DNA of 64,000 nucleotides from Lytechinus pictus. Lineage: Eukaryota. The notes beneath the pieces were generated by a model. The model ran no database searches, was not told where the DNA came from, and saw only the letters and a program-made list of their open reading frames with translations. The stretch is taken from NCBI RefSeq assembly GCF_037042905.1, contig NC_087252.1:13642001-13706000 (forward strand), given 5' to 3'. The position numbers were made by a program, and so were the translations under genes. Within the stretch, counting starts at the first letter, position 1, and each line of letters opens with the position of its first letter. Shown here one piece after another: positions 1 to 14,097 of this stretch.

Positions 1-1673
1 GATAAAAGAAATTCCTAAAAAAAGATATGAGTATTGTGCTAACTACCACAAAGTGAATGAATTGATAAATTGACCACTACATGGTGACCTGCAGTTGGAG
101 TCTGCATTTTAATTTTCAAAGCTAGGAGGATATTCAACACATACGGCACATTTGCCAAATCCCCAAATATAACATATCTTCAAATATGTTTGCCTGGCCA
201 TATTGAGCTTGGTATCAAAGGAATGAGCATTTCGCGCTTATTTTGTATTTTTCAAGATTCTAGCTTTTCTCACTTCGATATTTCAGAGGGAAGCTTGCCT
301 GGATAATGCAACGCTGCAAGTGCTGTCTTTATTATCACACAGGCAATATCTCACAGTAGTAAACCATGGCAATAGTACAGCTAACATTCCTCAGAAAGGT
401 GGCATTCTCAAATTTTATTTCATAAGGGTTTTCCAAATGGCCTCTAAGAGATGAGAACTCTTTAAAAAATAATGAATTAGCACATTTTTGCCACTTGTCA
501 AAGAGGGATCAACAATTCTCTTTCATGAATCCCACAAGTGGCGTGTTGTTACCAATCAAAAGAAGACTAAAGACATTTCTGTTTTCTTCTTAGTTCTATT
601 ACTATTATGTAGTAAATGTTGATTTATATTTTCCCTAGACTTATTATCATATTCTAATGTATTACATGATATATTGTACATGTATGTAATGTAAAGCACA
701 TTGAAATATCAATGGAATTCGCTATATAAATGTAACCTGTATTGTATTATCGTATTGTTTCATCATAGACGATAACAATGGGAAATGCGGGATAGCTGCT
801 ATGAAAAGACACAAAGCCACTACGTAGTGGGACTACTGTTTGAAACGCGGCATATACCTTTGACAAGTTGCCTAATTATCATCATCATCAAAATTGTTAA
901 TCTATAAAGTACAGTGCCAATGCTGGTGTTGGTGTGCGAAGCACAATTCACAATGTCTCTCCTAGCTCCAATGCCTAATGTTTGCTGACAAAAATGATCC
1001 AAATCACTATGACAAAAGCTCAATGTTCACCTAGTGAGATCTGTCTCATGAATTGAATAGCTTCATTTACAATGTGGCGCCAAGATAGGCTCTTTTACAC
1101 CTACGTTTGCGATGGATTGCAAATGTAAACACCACCACCCATTTGTTCCGGGTTAGTATTTTGAACAAAACGCATTTGCAATTATGATCTTAAGCAGCAT
1201 TGTTACTATTACAATATTGCGAACAACTGCAATCCTTTGCGCAGGAATCCCACAAGCAGCCTTTCGTTACCAATTCTCACACTTCATCATAAACAAATGC
1301 AGGAAAGCCACTATGAAAAGGTGCATAGTGCCTTTGCCGCAGGACTGCTAAAAATGTGCAGACTTTTGGCAAGGTACCTTATGTCACAGAGCCTTGCTGT
1401 AAAAAAACAAATCATCCGTCACCAACACTAAAATGCCAATGCAGAACTTCAAATAGCCTACGGGTAAGCCGATCTTCCCATAGGTTGGATAATCGCCAAA
1501 GTCAAAGCCATTTTTTAGCCCAGATTATTCAAAACAAACCTCTTTTAAGTCAAATTTCCTCAAGTCGAACAGATTTTGTCTGGTCCCCAAGACATTCGAC
1601 TTAGGCAGAGTTACCAGTACTTCTGTGTATGATTGTGAAAGAGGATGGATGGCACGTAATGAATCTACAAAAG

Positions 1674-1850
1674 CTACGTGTCCTTAGATACTAAAACCCC
1701 CGCTGACCCTGATGAATCCGACTTCTCTGTTGGTGCCTGGTCTGGAGGTTGCTCCCCTCTGACCTTGAGATTGTGCTTCTCCCTGTACTCATTGATCTCC
1801 CGACCCTTGTTCTCCATCTGTTTGGTCAGGGTCTTCGTGAGCTGCTCAAT
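1674..1850 (-). CDS. PFDN2: Prefoldin subunit 2, last coding exon (IEQLTKTLTKQMENKGREINEYREKHNLKVRGE...SAGVLVSKDT*)
   Basis: Pyrimidine-tract acceptor ...CTCCTACAG; KG.E.NE.REKHN and C-terminal GVLV motifs of PFDN2; TAG at 1676-1674; total CDS 444 bp = 147 aa. Confidence 0.93.
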   Translation of the reverse strand: MEQLTKTLTKQMENKGREINEYREKHNLKVRGEQPPDQAPTEKSDSSGSAGVLVSKDT

Positions 1851-2499
1851 CTGTAGGAGAGAGAATCAGAGAGTGGAGAGAGAAAGAGAGAGAGATGGAG
1901 AAAGGTGGATATGGAAAGTGTGTAGAAGGGTAAGTAAAAAGAAGACGAGAGAGATGAAATCAGAGAGTGGAGGGAGAGATGGAGAGAGAAAGTGAATGTG
2001 GAATGAAGATGAAGAACGTTAATTCATACAAATCTAATGAGGGCATTAAAATAGCAAGCGATAGCATGATTTATATCGTTTCCCTTCTCCAACCATTGGT
2101 TTTTCACCAATTGATAGTAAATACTTTCCATCCAAATATATCACAGGATAGAGAAAGCCTTAAAAAATCAAGATTAGTATCTTGTAAAGGGGAAAGTTTA
2201 TGGTAAAGATAGCATAAAGGTCATACAAATTATTGGTGAAGGTTACAGGTTTGAGGAAAATCCAACAAAGTATGTTATCAGAATTTCAATACATGACATC
2301 ATAAGCAAGCAGCACCCCCATAATATTCTGTGTAGTAAGAAATAAACAAAATGTCATTTTCTGAAAAAAAATTTAAAATGTTTTTTAATTGTACCTTAAG
2401 TATATCAACAAATTATTTCACTCCCGCTCCTTTTCAGTCATCATGGACCATTAAAATATTGAAATTTAGGGCTTTTATAATACATAACCTATGACATGT

Positions 2500-2760
2500 G
2501 GAGCGTTGTGGCCCAGTGGATTAGTCTTCTGACTTTGATAGAGAGGGTCATGGGTTCGAATCCCAGCCATGGCGTAATTTTCTTCAGCAAGAAATTCATC
2601 CACATTGTGCTGCACTCAACCCAGGTGAGATGAATGGGGACCTGGCAGGAATTTATTCCTTAAAATGCCACCGCGCTGTAAAAGGCTGCGGGGCTAAAGC
2701 CAGGGTAATAATATCCAAGTCCTTTGGAAGCGCATAGGGACGTTATGACATGTGATATGT
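2500..2760 (+). mobile_element. tRNA-derived SINE
   Basis: A-box TGGCCCAGTGG, B-box GGTTCGAATCC, body GCACTCAACCCAGGTGAG..AATGGG shared with copies at ~13805-13985 (+) and ~31460-32311 (-). Confidence 0.8.
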
Positions 2761-2920
2761 GCTTATTTCTCATCAATCATATCATCATCATAATTTTTAT
2801 CATCAATCATTATCTATCTATCTATCCATTTATCTAATGTCTATTTGTTTAAATGTCTGTCGATCTGTCTTTCTATCTAATACCTATTTATCTGTTTATA
2901 TCTTTATATCTATGTATCTA

Positions 2921-4609
2921 TAGTGCGTCCCAAAAAAACTATACACTTTTGAAATGGCTGCCAAATAAAAAAATATAGCACTTTGGGGGAAAAGACTTCT
3001 ATGGAAAGCCAATAAAGTCAACTTTCAAATGACACCAAAAACTTGGAAAACTGTTCATGCTTGAGCGAACAATGCCCACTGAAACAAAGGGTATGAAAAT
3101 TACGGTGGGCCGGAATTAGTCTTCCAATTTCTTTCAGGTTTTTTGTTTGGTACTTGCAAAGTTGAGGGTTATTTGGCGAATTAAAGATCAGTTGTGATCA
3201 GTTTGTTGTTTGTGAAAATTTAATGCGTTATTAAAGTGAATTTATTAAATTGAAATTTAATGCATGAGTGATCGTGAATTGCAATTTTTAGTGCAGCATT
3301 TTGTCTTTATCATGTGGATCTCAACAATGTGTTTATGAAAGTCAGGAGAAGAGGGGGTAATATGACTTAGGTAGGTGAGACACTAAGCTTGGCTAGGCTG
3401 GGCAGGACTTAGCCTTACAGTTATTTTTTTGGGTTAATCCTTTGGAACTTGCTAAGCTAAATTAATGAGTGAGATAAGTTTTGGTTTCTTAGGCAAATTT
3501 TATGAGTTACTAAATTGAAATTTAATACATGAGTGAACAGGAATGGTAATTTTAGTGTAGCATATTCATCTTGTGGACCTCAGAAGTGTGTTCTTGAGAG
3601 TCAGAGTAATGTGATGGTACCTGTTACAAGCAAGAGGGCGAGATATGCTAAGACTTGGTTAAAAGGGCATTCCTCTTCTTTTTGTCCTTTTACAAATTAA
3701 AAGTCATATGTAAATTATGTACCCTCCCCTCTCCACCTCCATTTCCCAGCCCCCCCCCCCCTCTCTCTGTCTCACTTCCTGGATTGTAGCCTATTCAAAA
3801 CTTAGCTGCCAAGTGACCGGTGGCTGATGGTCACTTTTTTATTGAATGATTACCAAGAAATTTAATGATTATGATGATCAATGAAATAATTTATTTAAAA
3901 AAAAACTGAATGTTTGATTGATCACATTGCTCATTGAATGAGTTCATTTACTGATAAATTGTTGATGAAATGATTGATAGGAAAAAGTTGATGCCCCAAT
4001 TCAGAATTGATCATTAAATCAACATTCCGCTCTGGACTTCACGCATACATGACAATAGCCATCAGTCTCTCAACAGGAGGGCAGGACGGGCAAGAGGGAG
4101 GGGGCGGGGGCTGAATGTTCTGTTGACCCTTATTCCATCAACCTACTTCTCCCACTTAAGTCCAATCTCACCCCCTATTCTCCCGACTCCAATGAACACA
4201 TTGCTGAGATCCACATGATAAAGTTGAAATGCTGCCCAAAAAGTGTAATTTGTGTTCACTCATGCATTAAAGTTCAATTTAATAATTTATAAAATTTGCA
4301 TAAGCAACCCAAACTGGTCACGGTTGATCATTAATTTATCACAACGCCCTTAAATTTGCAAGTTCGAAAGGATTTGCCTCTTAAAAACTGACATAAATTG
4401 GAAGGCTAATTCCAGCCGACCCTAATTTTCATACCCTTTGTTTCAGTGGGCAGTGCTCGCTCAAGCATGAACAGTTTTCCAAGTTTTTGGTGTCATCTGA
4501 AAGTTGACTTTATTGGCTTTATTATACATGAAAGTCTTTTCCCCCAAAGTGCTATATTTTTTATTTGGCAGCCATTTCAAAAGTGTAGTTTTTTTGGGGG
4601 GACGCACTG
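2921..4609. mobile_element. Non-autonomous Tc1/mariner-like element with long TIRs
   Basis: (C/T)AGTGCGTCCC termini, >200-bp inverted repeats, TA on both flanks; no transposase ORF seen. Confidence 0.8.
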
Positions 4610-4995
4610 TATATATATATATGTCTATCTTCTATTAATATTTATCCTTAAATGTAATATCTATTCATCTGTTTAAATAATTATATCCGTTTATCTATCT
4701 ATCTATCTAGGACAGACCACCTAATTCGTCCGCATGACGAATTAAAATTTAGTTATTAATATTATTATTACAAAGAATCAAGAACTTTAAATTCTAGTGT
4801 AACTTTTCTTAATATTTGATGAATTTAAAAACTTTCACCAATATTTAAATTATTTTTTTCTGGCACTTTTACAACAAACTGTTTATCAGGGTGGACTCCC
4901 CTTTTATCTATAACTCCCATATGATGAAATTATTTTCAATTATCACTTTTCTTTGCTCAAAGTTAAAGACATTTAACAAATAAATCAAAACATAC

Positions 4996-5119
4996 CTGGT
5001 CTTTATTATGTGTTAATGCAGGTAGAACATCTTTGACCGTCCTTTCTACCAAGACTCCGCCCACCAGACGAAAACACTTTCTATCGTTGTCAACGTCCTG
5101 TAGAGTTTCTATCACCAAC
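4996..5119 (-). CDS. PFDN2: Prefoldin subunit 2, coding exon 2 (LVIETLQDVDNDRKCFRLVGGVLVERTVKDVLPALTHNKDQ)
   Basis: Diagnostic RKCFRLVGGVLVERTVKDVLPAL motif; acceptor TTCTTCCATAG and donor CAG|GTATG; 124 bp fits the phase. Confidence 0.96.
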
Positions 5120-8100
5120 CTATGGAAGAAAGAGAAGATAGACAAATAATAAGGCCTGATTTATTAAAATGATGTTCAACTACTATTTGTAAAAAGGTGT
5201 TCACAGTTCAAGGAGGAATCCAGCCCAAGTGAAAAGTTATTTAAGAGGTAAAAGAAAAAATCACAGAAGTGATAGACCAAAAATCAGACAAAAAGTATAA
5301 AACTGTGAATTTTAAAACTTTGTATTCAGTATACCCTTTAGAATTCAGATTACACATGTAGCTGCATTGGTGGTGACATGTCATAGTGATGTAAGGCAAG
5401 GACTTCTCTTCCTTATACTAGGAGTGGGCTATACATGGGTCAAAAATAGTTTTTTGTCATTTTAATATGGCAACAGTTTTTTTCAATTCCTTTTAATGTA
5501 TCTCAACATGAAATGACAATATTTTTTGTCTCAAGTCCGAGAAAAAAGTGTGCTGGGCCAAAATCCAAAATGGCCGCCAAAATCCCCCAAAATCACATTT
5601 TTCCCCACAACTTCTTTATTTGGTGGTCTTTTTCTCTGGTTATGGTGTCTATTCATATGTTTTTGGGGGCAGGCAATCTGTTTTTCCTAAAATTAGTACT
5701 TTTAAACCATTATTTGTAGAGTTAAAAGGTGATTTTACCTAACTTTATCAATTTTTATAACCATTTTTCAGCCAAAAAGTAGGTTTCATCGTCTTGTGGT
5801 TCTTGGATATTAGACAATGCGAGTTCAACAATGGCAATGTACTTCAATAAAGTATAATAAGAAACAAGATGGCGGCGTAAACATCGGGCAAGTCTCTTCC
5901 GTCTTTTCACAATATTTTTTCATTTTTTTGATGAATTCTTGTTTAAAAATAACGAGAGCGTAGAAATGTCGGAAATGTAGTTTTATCCCATGTAGGGCCT
6001 ACATGATTTAGAGCTAGATCTTTTAGAAGGAAAGTAGAAATCTCAGGGGCGAAAGTTTCAGGGTTTTTTGCGGTACACGCAGATGAATAGGAAGGACTCC
6101 CTGGCTTCGTTTAGAGTAAGCCTACGTTAGTAAATGAATTTTTACTCTCAAGAAGCCGCCTGGCTAGGTGGGAGGGGAAGGTAGAGTCACTAGACTAGAC
6201 TAGAGAGACAGATACACACACCACACGCAAACTTTTTGAACGCAAAATCCCTAGCTGCCAATTTATTTATTTTTAAAATTTCTGTTTTAGTTCAACACTT
6301 TTTTTTACCCCCAAATCATTTTTTTGGCTTTTCTTCTTGCCTTTTTTCATTCAACCTCCACCAAAAGAATCGCCTTCTTTTTTTTACTAGGGCCTACAGT
6401 AGGGACCCCAATGAAGACAAACAAAAAAAAATCTCCTTCGTTTTATAATATTAAAATCACTTACTTGATTAAAATAAGTGGTACTAATCCATTCAGACAA
6501 GTCTTGTTATTCCAACATGTAAATGAAATTAGAAAAAAATGGTTCAAACTTGGCCCAAAACGTTCAATTTTCCCATTGACTCCGTCCGCGCTGCTTTGTG
6601 TCAATAAGGCTTTGCGGCCAGTTTGAGACAGTTTGGGACGGAGACAGCTGCGCGAAAATATCAGGTGATCGCTGGCGCATCGCGTAAGTCCGATGACCCC
6701 AAAATATAGTCTTGTAAAAGACGTCGCTGTCCCGCGCCGTTATTCAATAAATGATCTCGGTCCCGAAATATTTCCACCCAGTTAAAGTCACTTTTAATGT
6801 ACGTCCATCGAACATTGATAGAACAGAAAGAAAGCGTGAGTGAGTCAAGGAAATGAGAGAAAACAGAGAGGGAAAAGTAGTATTTAAATTGTTTTCAGAT
6901 ATTGCTCGTGTGCCATTTAGTTGTGAAGTCATCAAGCTCGAAGAAGAGCAGAATGCAGATATTTTGATCGTTAGATTATTGTTGCATTGTTATGATTTGA
7001 TTCCTTACTAAGTTACTTTAAATTTGATCTAGAGTATGGTGATATTTGACATCTAATTCATCGAACTGATAATCATGTCATGAGCTCTGTCTCTTAATTT
7101 TGGCAACCTACTACCTCGGAACATTTGCTCATGCAAAGGCCGTCCGACGAGTAAAAAAAAAAAACGCCCGTCTTAACATTTTAAATAGCTCCGTGGTTTG
7201 AATAAAAATGAATAAAACGGCCGTCGTATAAACAAATGTGACCGAGGTAGAGGCCTGTTGTAGGCTCCAGTGGCGTACGCGGGGGAGGGGGGGGGGGTAA
7301 CAGGGGCTCAACTCAACCCCCTTAAATTTTTTATACCTACCCCCCCCCCAATTTTTTTTTTTGGGGGGTGAAGACCAAGTCAAAATAGTGATGATTATTT
7401 ATTTTTCATTTTTCGATCTTAATTACCGCCCCCCAGAAAAAAAAACACACCTATAGCTCTCCTTACCAGATCATTCTCCCACGAGAATATGTTCACCTTT
7501 AATTGTTCCCACTGAATGTCGACCTTACTCGATGTTCTCATATTTCTTTTTCTCTCCCCCCCCCCCCCTCTAATTCGTACGGAACAAAGAAATACGCTAT
7601 AGGAGAATGCTCTGGTAGGGACAGGGAGCTCTGTTTTGGGAGTGGGGGCGTTAAGGGACATTATGGAGGAAAAGAGTCAGTTGTTTGGATTTATATAGGT
7701 TATTTTTGTTCCTCTTCCTTTTCTGTTATTTCCTGTAAATGTTTCCTTTTTATATCAGATACACTACAGTCACATTTGCTCTATGGTGGCAGAACAGTGA
7801 ATAAAAAAAAGCCGTTTTAAAGATTTTAAAAAATAGCTATATCATACTAGGTGGGTTGGTTACTAATAGTTTGAATAGAAATGTATAAAACGGCTGTGTT
7901 CGACCACCGTACGGCCGCCGTAAATCAGATCAAAATGTGACTGAGGTGTTACACGCTCGTAAAAATAAGGAAAGAGGGGGGGGGGAGGGGGGGTAGAGAC
8001 AGTTATGATATTTTAATCGATCTGATTAAGTCGCCTTACCTCCCCCCCAAGAAAAAATAAAACTACCTCCCAGTCTCTACCATTAGCATTCTCCCGTGAA

Positions 8101-11100
8101 ATTGCTCCCACTTACGAAAAGGACGGGATGTCGACCTTGCTCATGAATGTTTTTTTCCTCGGTAACTGCTATCTTTTTTTTGGGGGGGGGAGTGGGGAGG
8201 GGGTGTTGAGTGACATCATGCAGGGTTGAAGGAAAAGTTTAAGTTAATTGTTGGGATTTTGGGTTCGGCGCCCCCTATATATTCTTTTTTATTTTATATA
8301 CGTACATGATTAAAAAAAATCTCAGATAACGGTAAAAGCCAGTGATCTTATCTCTGTAGGCCTATATATAACGACGTAAACCGGGACGTATCTTCCCTTT
8401 TTTTTTATAGAAAGGGTGGGTCAGTGTATGAAAAAAAAATGTTTTCATGGAAAAGAATCAAGTTATTAAGAACATTTAAAATTAATATTTGTATATACTG
8501 CAATTTAAAATAATTTAAGTGAGGTTTAGGGATGTTTATTTCGATTTCTCTCTCTATAACATAAAAATACATTAATAAGGTTTGAAAATTTCCGCAGTGG
8601 AAAATAAAATTATGAATTGTAATGGATGATTCTTACCTGATGTGGTAAATGCCCTCGTCCATCTGGAGTATTCCCTGGACCGGAAAGGCAGGGGTACAAC
8701 CAGCTCAGGGATCCCTGGGGGTATTCTCGTGTTATATAATTCAGGCTAGAACACACTAACCCATCATGGGATCATTCAAAAGATCAATGGAAAGGGGTGC
8801 TTTTCACTGGTCAGCACATGAATGCTTTGACCCAATCAGAAGTGAAAACGCAAAAAAAAAAACATGACTCATTTTATCTCATGAAATGTTCCTACCGAAG
8901 ACGACGGAATGTCTGGCTTCCAAGACCTTATCGGACAGGCTGTTTCATGTCTGTCAACACCGCGGCAACTTCACAGAAACAAATTCTTTCACACCCTCCT
9001 TATTCCGAAAAATCCATGTAAATTACTTTCTTTTTGTTGTCAACACCCTTCTGCATTGATCTTTTGAAGTATACACCGCGGCAACTTCGCAGAAACAACT
9101 TATTCTTTCACACCCTCCTTATTCCGAAAAAGTCCATGTAAATTACTTTCTTTACAGTTGTGATATTTTTGGCATTTCTTTACGTAATCAAATTATCATT
9201 TTTATTGTGCTGTCCTGCATGAAGAGTTCATATTTTTTTGGATCCTGCAGACTGAAGAAATAAAACGTTGCTTTTTAATGCAGGTTCCCTCATGTTTCTA
9301 TTCGCCGTATTATTCAATTTAAATAAATGATACCATGTCTGATTTGTACGTCATGTTAATTCTTCTGATGTAATATTTGTTTGTATTATGTTCATGATTA
9401 TGACTTGTGAAATAAGTGAAATAATGTCATATCTCAAAATTGACGAAGAGTTCCCCATAGCAAACTTCAGAATATTTTTCTTTTGGAAAACTCACCGGCA
9501 CCGACCAGGGACACCGAAGGAGGGGGCAACTCTTTTCATATAATAATTAACAAGTGAGTATTCTCGTCTGATCGTTGTTACATGATGATACCCTTACCCC
9601 CACCCTAATTCAGAATCCAACCCCTGACCCCTACTGGGATAGCTATATAGAAGGGGTAATTAAGGGCCACCCCATCGATCCTCCCTGAATATCCCATGTA
9701 GGAAGTTGAGACTCATGGCGGAAAAAGGAGTCAAATCGAGAAATGTAAACGAGCTATGTAGGCCCCCTCCCCGTGAAAAAAAAATCAATATAGGCCTATG
9801 GCACATCGATCCCTTGAAATCAGATGTAAATTCAATTTGACAGTCGCATTGGATACCTAATTTATTTACATGTATATCGGGTTACATTGGTATAAAAGCC
9901 CCATAATAGCGTGACTTTTTTGTCACTTTTTGTCAACGCTTTAAAAGGTCCATGTTTGAACCAGGGATATTGTATATCCCTGTTTGAACTATATTTTCAC
10001 TCATGACAGGGCATGATAGACGAAGTGTTAGAAAAATGTTCCCATAAAAAAGCAGATTACGGATGTAAAAGTCAGCGGGGGGGGGGGGGGGGGGGGTCTC
10101 TCACCGAAAACATTTTTTTCCAACTCTCCGCTCAATCATATAAATGGCCTCCAATTTTCAGGGTTTTTTTTTTGGGGGGGGGTGTAAACGGATTCTTTGC
10201 AGGTATTGGCAGAAATTATTATTGTAATTCAGGAGATAGGAGATACGTACGTTTTGGGGAAAATTTTCTCCAATTAGGATTTTTTTTTTTAATATCCATT
10301 TATTTATTTTTGCTAAGAGCGAGGGCGCAGGACCGAGGGAACCCACCCCCCCCCCTCCGCCTATACATTAGAAAATAAAAAAATAACTGACATCTCGTTG
10401 AGTAATTTTTGTATCCTAATTTTACAACAATCAGTATGTTACTGTTAAAAATAAAATCTTAAATGTGTGTGATTGTGAGAGGGCATATATACATATATTG
10501 TGCGTAAACATTGCAAATTAAAACATTGATTTCTTAGATTTTTTAATAAACAAAATATACTTTAGTAGGCCTTAACAATTGATTACTAATCAAGCTATAC
10601 ACACCGGGGATTCCCCTATTTTAATTTAGCCCCGGCATTTAGCCCCCAGAGCGAATGTACAGTTGCAACGTGCAGGTCCATGCTTTACACACGTAGTTTT
10701 TTAATCCACTCTAACTCCATTATTCCCATGCCACCATCTCGGTCACAGACCTTCTCACACACAAGTGTAAACATCCTTGTACAGAATTCCCTGTATCACA
10801 CGTATATGCCGCCATTATGCCATGTGCAATATCTCACACACACATGACCTTCCAAAACATCTCTCCTTGTATCACGGCGATTACACGTGATTAACATTTG
10901 TAACTGAGGAGGGGGGGGGGGCTGAATGTTCCTAAGAGAAAGATTGTGCTAGCCTTCATCCTTTCACATTTTAAAATTATTTTCATTTATTTTATTTGGA
11001 TGATATCCGTTCACAACGTTACAGAGTTTCAACGAACTTTACAAATCATAAAAATTGCCTGAATCAAGACTAATACATGGTCTACGTTCGCGATAGGCCC

Positions 11101-12180
11101 CTCCCACCACTTCGCGCGATCTTCAACTTCATGACGATAATTACGTCACGTACACGTCATATGGAGGTTTTTGCTTTGCATTTTAAAATTTAACAATAAA
11201 TTCACAATTTTTTTTTCTTAAATTAATCTAGATATAAGACTTCGTCTCAAAACCATCTTTTTTAAGAATGAAAAGTCCCAAAACGGGCCCCAAGATGTTT
11301 TAATTGAATATCTTTAAGTAGAATAGGGTGGGTCCTTCAAAAAGATTATACAGCTCAGCACGCACTTCCAAGACGGTCCCTGAGACATAAATTTAGGGAA
11401 AATCCCAAAAGATGCAGCAAATGCAGAATTTTTATTGGTCAAATTTTGGAGGGCGCCGCCCCCAAATCAAACTTAGCTCGCTCACACGCAATGCTAGTGA
11501 CGTCATGGTGACGGGTCGCGTGTGCAAAACTTTTAATTTCCCCATTGACTTTATACACACACAAACTCTGCAGTTCATGGGGAATACAAGGACAAAGTAC
11601 GATATTTTCCCATTCAAAGAACAAGTAGAGGTAAGCCATTCGAAAATATAGAATACTAAATAATTACTGACAAATAATTACCGATCCTTTTAATGCCAAA
11701 TATATCATAGCTACCTGAAATAACTCAATTTAGGGTGAAATTATCAGTCAAGAGGGATGCATTATTGGGGCTTCGTAGGATCAACGGACGCGCTCGACGC
11801 ACTCGCAATGGTATGTAGGGATTTTGATAGAGCAAATACCGAATGTACCGTTGTCCCTACCTACAGGAGATTATCAAAAAATAAAAATAGTGGGGTGCAT
11901 ATACCGAACTCTAATGGAACTCTTTCCCCACCGTGTCCGTGCACCATACCAATGTCTGAATGCCATAGGCATATAGCCACCCCATGCCCATGGGCATGGC
12001 ATTGCCATTGACATTGGCATGGCCATGGCTGGCATGGACATGCTAACCGCGAAGCGGGGATAAGCTGCCTGTCACCCCGGCTGCTTCGGCATGTTCGGGG
12101 GCACGGTCGCGGTCGTTCGATTCCCAATCCCCGTCATGGCACTTTCACAAATAATATCCCTCGGACATGTGTAGAATTAC

Positions 12181-12323
12181 CTGTGTTCATTTTGATCTGA
12201 CTCTAGTTCTGCAATCTTGGTAACGAGTGCTCTCTGTTCCTGCCGTAACTGGTTGAAGCCTGACACAATTTGTTCATGTGACATTTTCTTGGCATTGCCC
12301 GTTTTTCCTTTCTTATCTGCCAT
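12181..12323 (-). CDS. PFDN2: Prefoldin subunit 2, coding exon 1 (MADKKGKTGNAKKMSHEQIVSGFNQLRQEQRALVTKIAELESDQNEH-R)
   Basis: Manual translation from ATG at 12323; prefoldin-beta N-terminal coiled coil (FNQLRQEQR..KIAELE...NEH); GT donor at 12180-12179, phase 2 matching the next exon. Confidence 0.93.
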
Positions 12324-13311
12324 TTTTACCGAGATGACATGACATGTAGTTTAATCAGCGTAGAGGGCCGGCTCTCCGAATATACTCATGACCAACTTTT
12401 CTCAAATGACATTTCCCCTTTTTTCTGGATGAACACTATTTTTAACCAGCTTTCCCGTCCCGAAATCCTAATAAAGAAAGACGTGTCGTCGGCCAGGCGT
12501 CTAGAATAGTACATCAGTGATCAACTTGCTTTGGAAACCGTTTGTCGTATATTGTGCACTTTTATTTTGGCTCATGATTATTTGGGCTACTGCCAAATAC
12601 CAAATTATTATCCAGGGATGATTAATGATTTGAACCCTCTGTTACTGTTCAGTGGATGTGATGAAAAGAATATTAAAAAAAGGAATAATGAAAAATCATC
12701 AAAATCACAAATGTGTATGTCAGTGAAAGGGGCCATGGAATCAGGGAAGGGGGCTGTGTTAGTTTTTTTTTGTCAGCTAGCCCCCCCCCCCCCAAAAAAA
12801 AAAACCCTGTTCCACTGCCCCTGAGAGTGATTAAAAACATTTTATCTCAACTACAACTGCAAAGGGGCTTATCCATCACATCAGAGGGAATACTAATAGA
12901 GATCATATATTTTTCATCTTCATTCACATTTTTTGCAATAATTGAATCAATGTTACAAGTTTAAACAAAATTCTTTAACATTACTTCTTTAAAACTTAAT
13001 TATCAAACAGGATAGTTAATGGTCTTAATAACAAAAAATGTGATTTAGTTATCGTTCAAACACTGAGGAAGGATGGGGGATGGCCATTGAAAATTTTGTG
13101 AATAAATTATCATTGGTGAAAATGCATCGACTTTCATTATTCAGTTATATATTTGCAATAATTAGTGTTCTGAGAGGGAGAGGAGTATGACACATTGAGC
13201 AGGGCTCTTAGGGGCGTTTCAGGGGTAAATTTGCCTGAGCCATGCACTGTGTAATTGTTTCCTGGGATGTAGACTGAGACCTTACAATCAGACATATCAC
13301 CTGCTCATTTT

Positions 13312-14097
13312 TCGGTGACACGACATTTGCTCCTGCGACAATTGCTCCGGGCTTAATTTTGTTCAATACAATAGGCGTACGGTTCGGGTTCCAATAAAGT
13401 ATCAAAGTGTGTCGTCATCAGTTTTCACTTTTTTTGCATTTCAGCGTTTTTGATACCATATTTTGGTAGAGCATGATGAGAAACCCAACCAAAATTAGGT
13501 GAGAATCGGTCTATGGAGCCCCAGGATGACCTAATGAATACATAATTAGCCCCATTGAAGTCAATGTTAATTGGCCTGTTCTAAATGTTAGGAACCAGCC
13601 CAGGCCAATAATACATTGACTTCAATGGGGCTAATTATTTGTATTCATGAAGTCATATCTTGGGACCCTATGGACCAATTTCCACCAAATTTTGGAAGTG
13701 GGGGTTTTTCATCATGCTATACCAGAATATGGTATCTAAAGGCTGAAATGCAAAAAAGAAGTTTTTGTGACGTCATCACGTCAGTAATCCACAATGCATT
13801 TGTGCTGTCAGTAATCCACAATGTGCTGCACTCAACCCAGGTGAGGTAAATGGGTACCGGTAGGAAGTAATTCCTTAAAAAGCTGTGTGCGCTATGAACG
13901 CCTAGCTTAGCCGGGTAATATAGGAGCGCCTTGAGCACCTAACAAGGTGGATATGTGCGCAATATAAATACCCTATATTATTATCAATCTATAGGATTGA
14001 TGTTAGATTTAGGGTAGGGTAGGTATAGTTTTGAACCCAGGGTTGAAGTGTGGAATTTAGAGCAGAGTAATTGTCGCTGAAGCAGATGTCATGGAAC
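13312..14097. mobile_element. Nested MITE/SINE cluster
   Basis: Outer degenerate TIRs (GACATTTGCTCCTGCGACAATTGCTC / GAGTAATTGTCGCTGAAGCAGATGTC), an inner fold-back MITE at ~13410-13780 and a 5'-truncated SINE at ~13805-13985. Confidence 0.6.
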
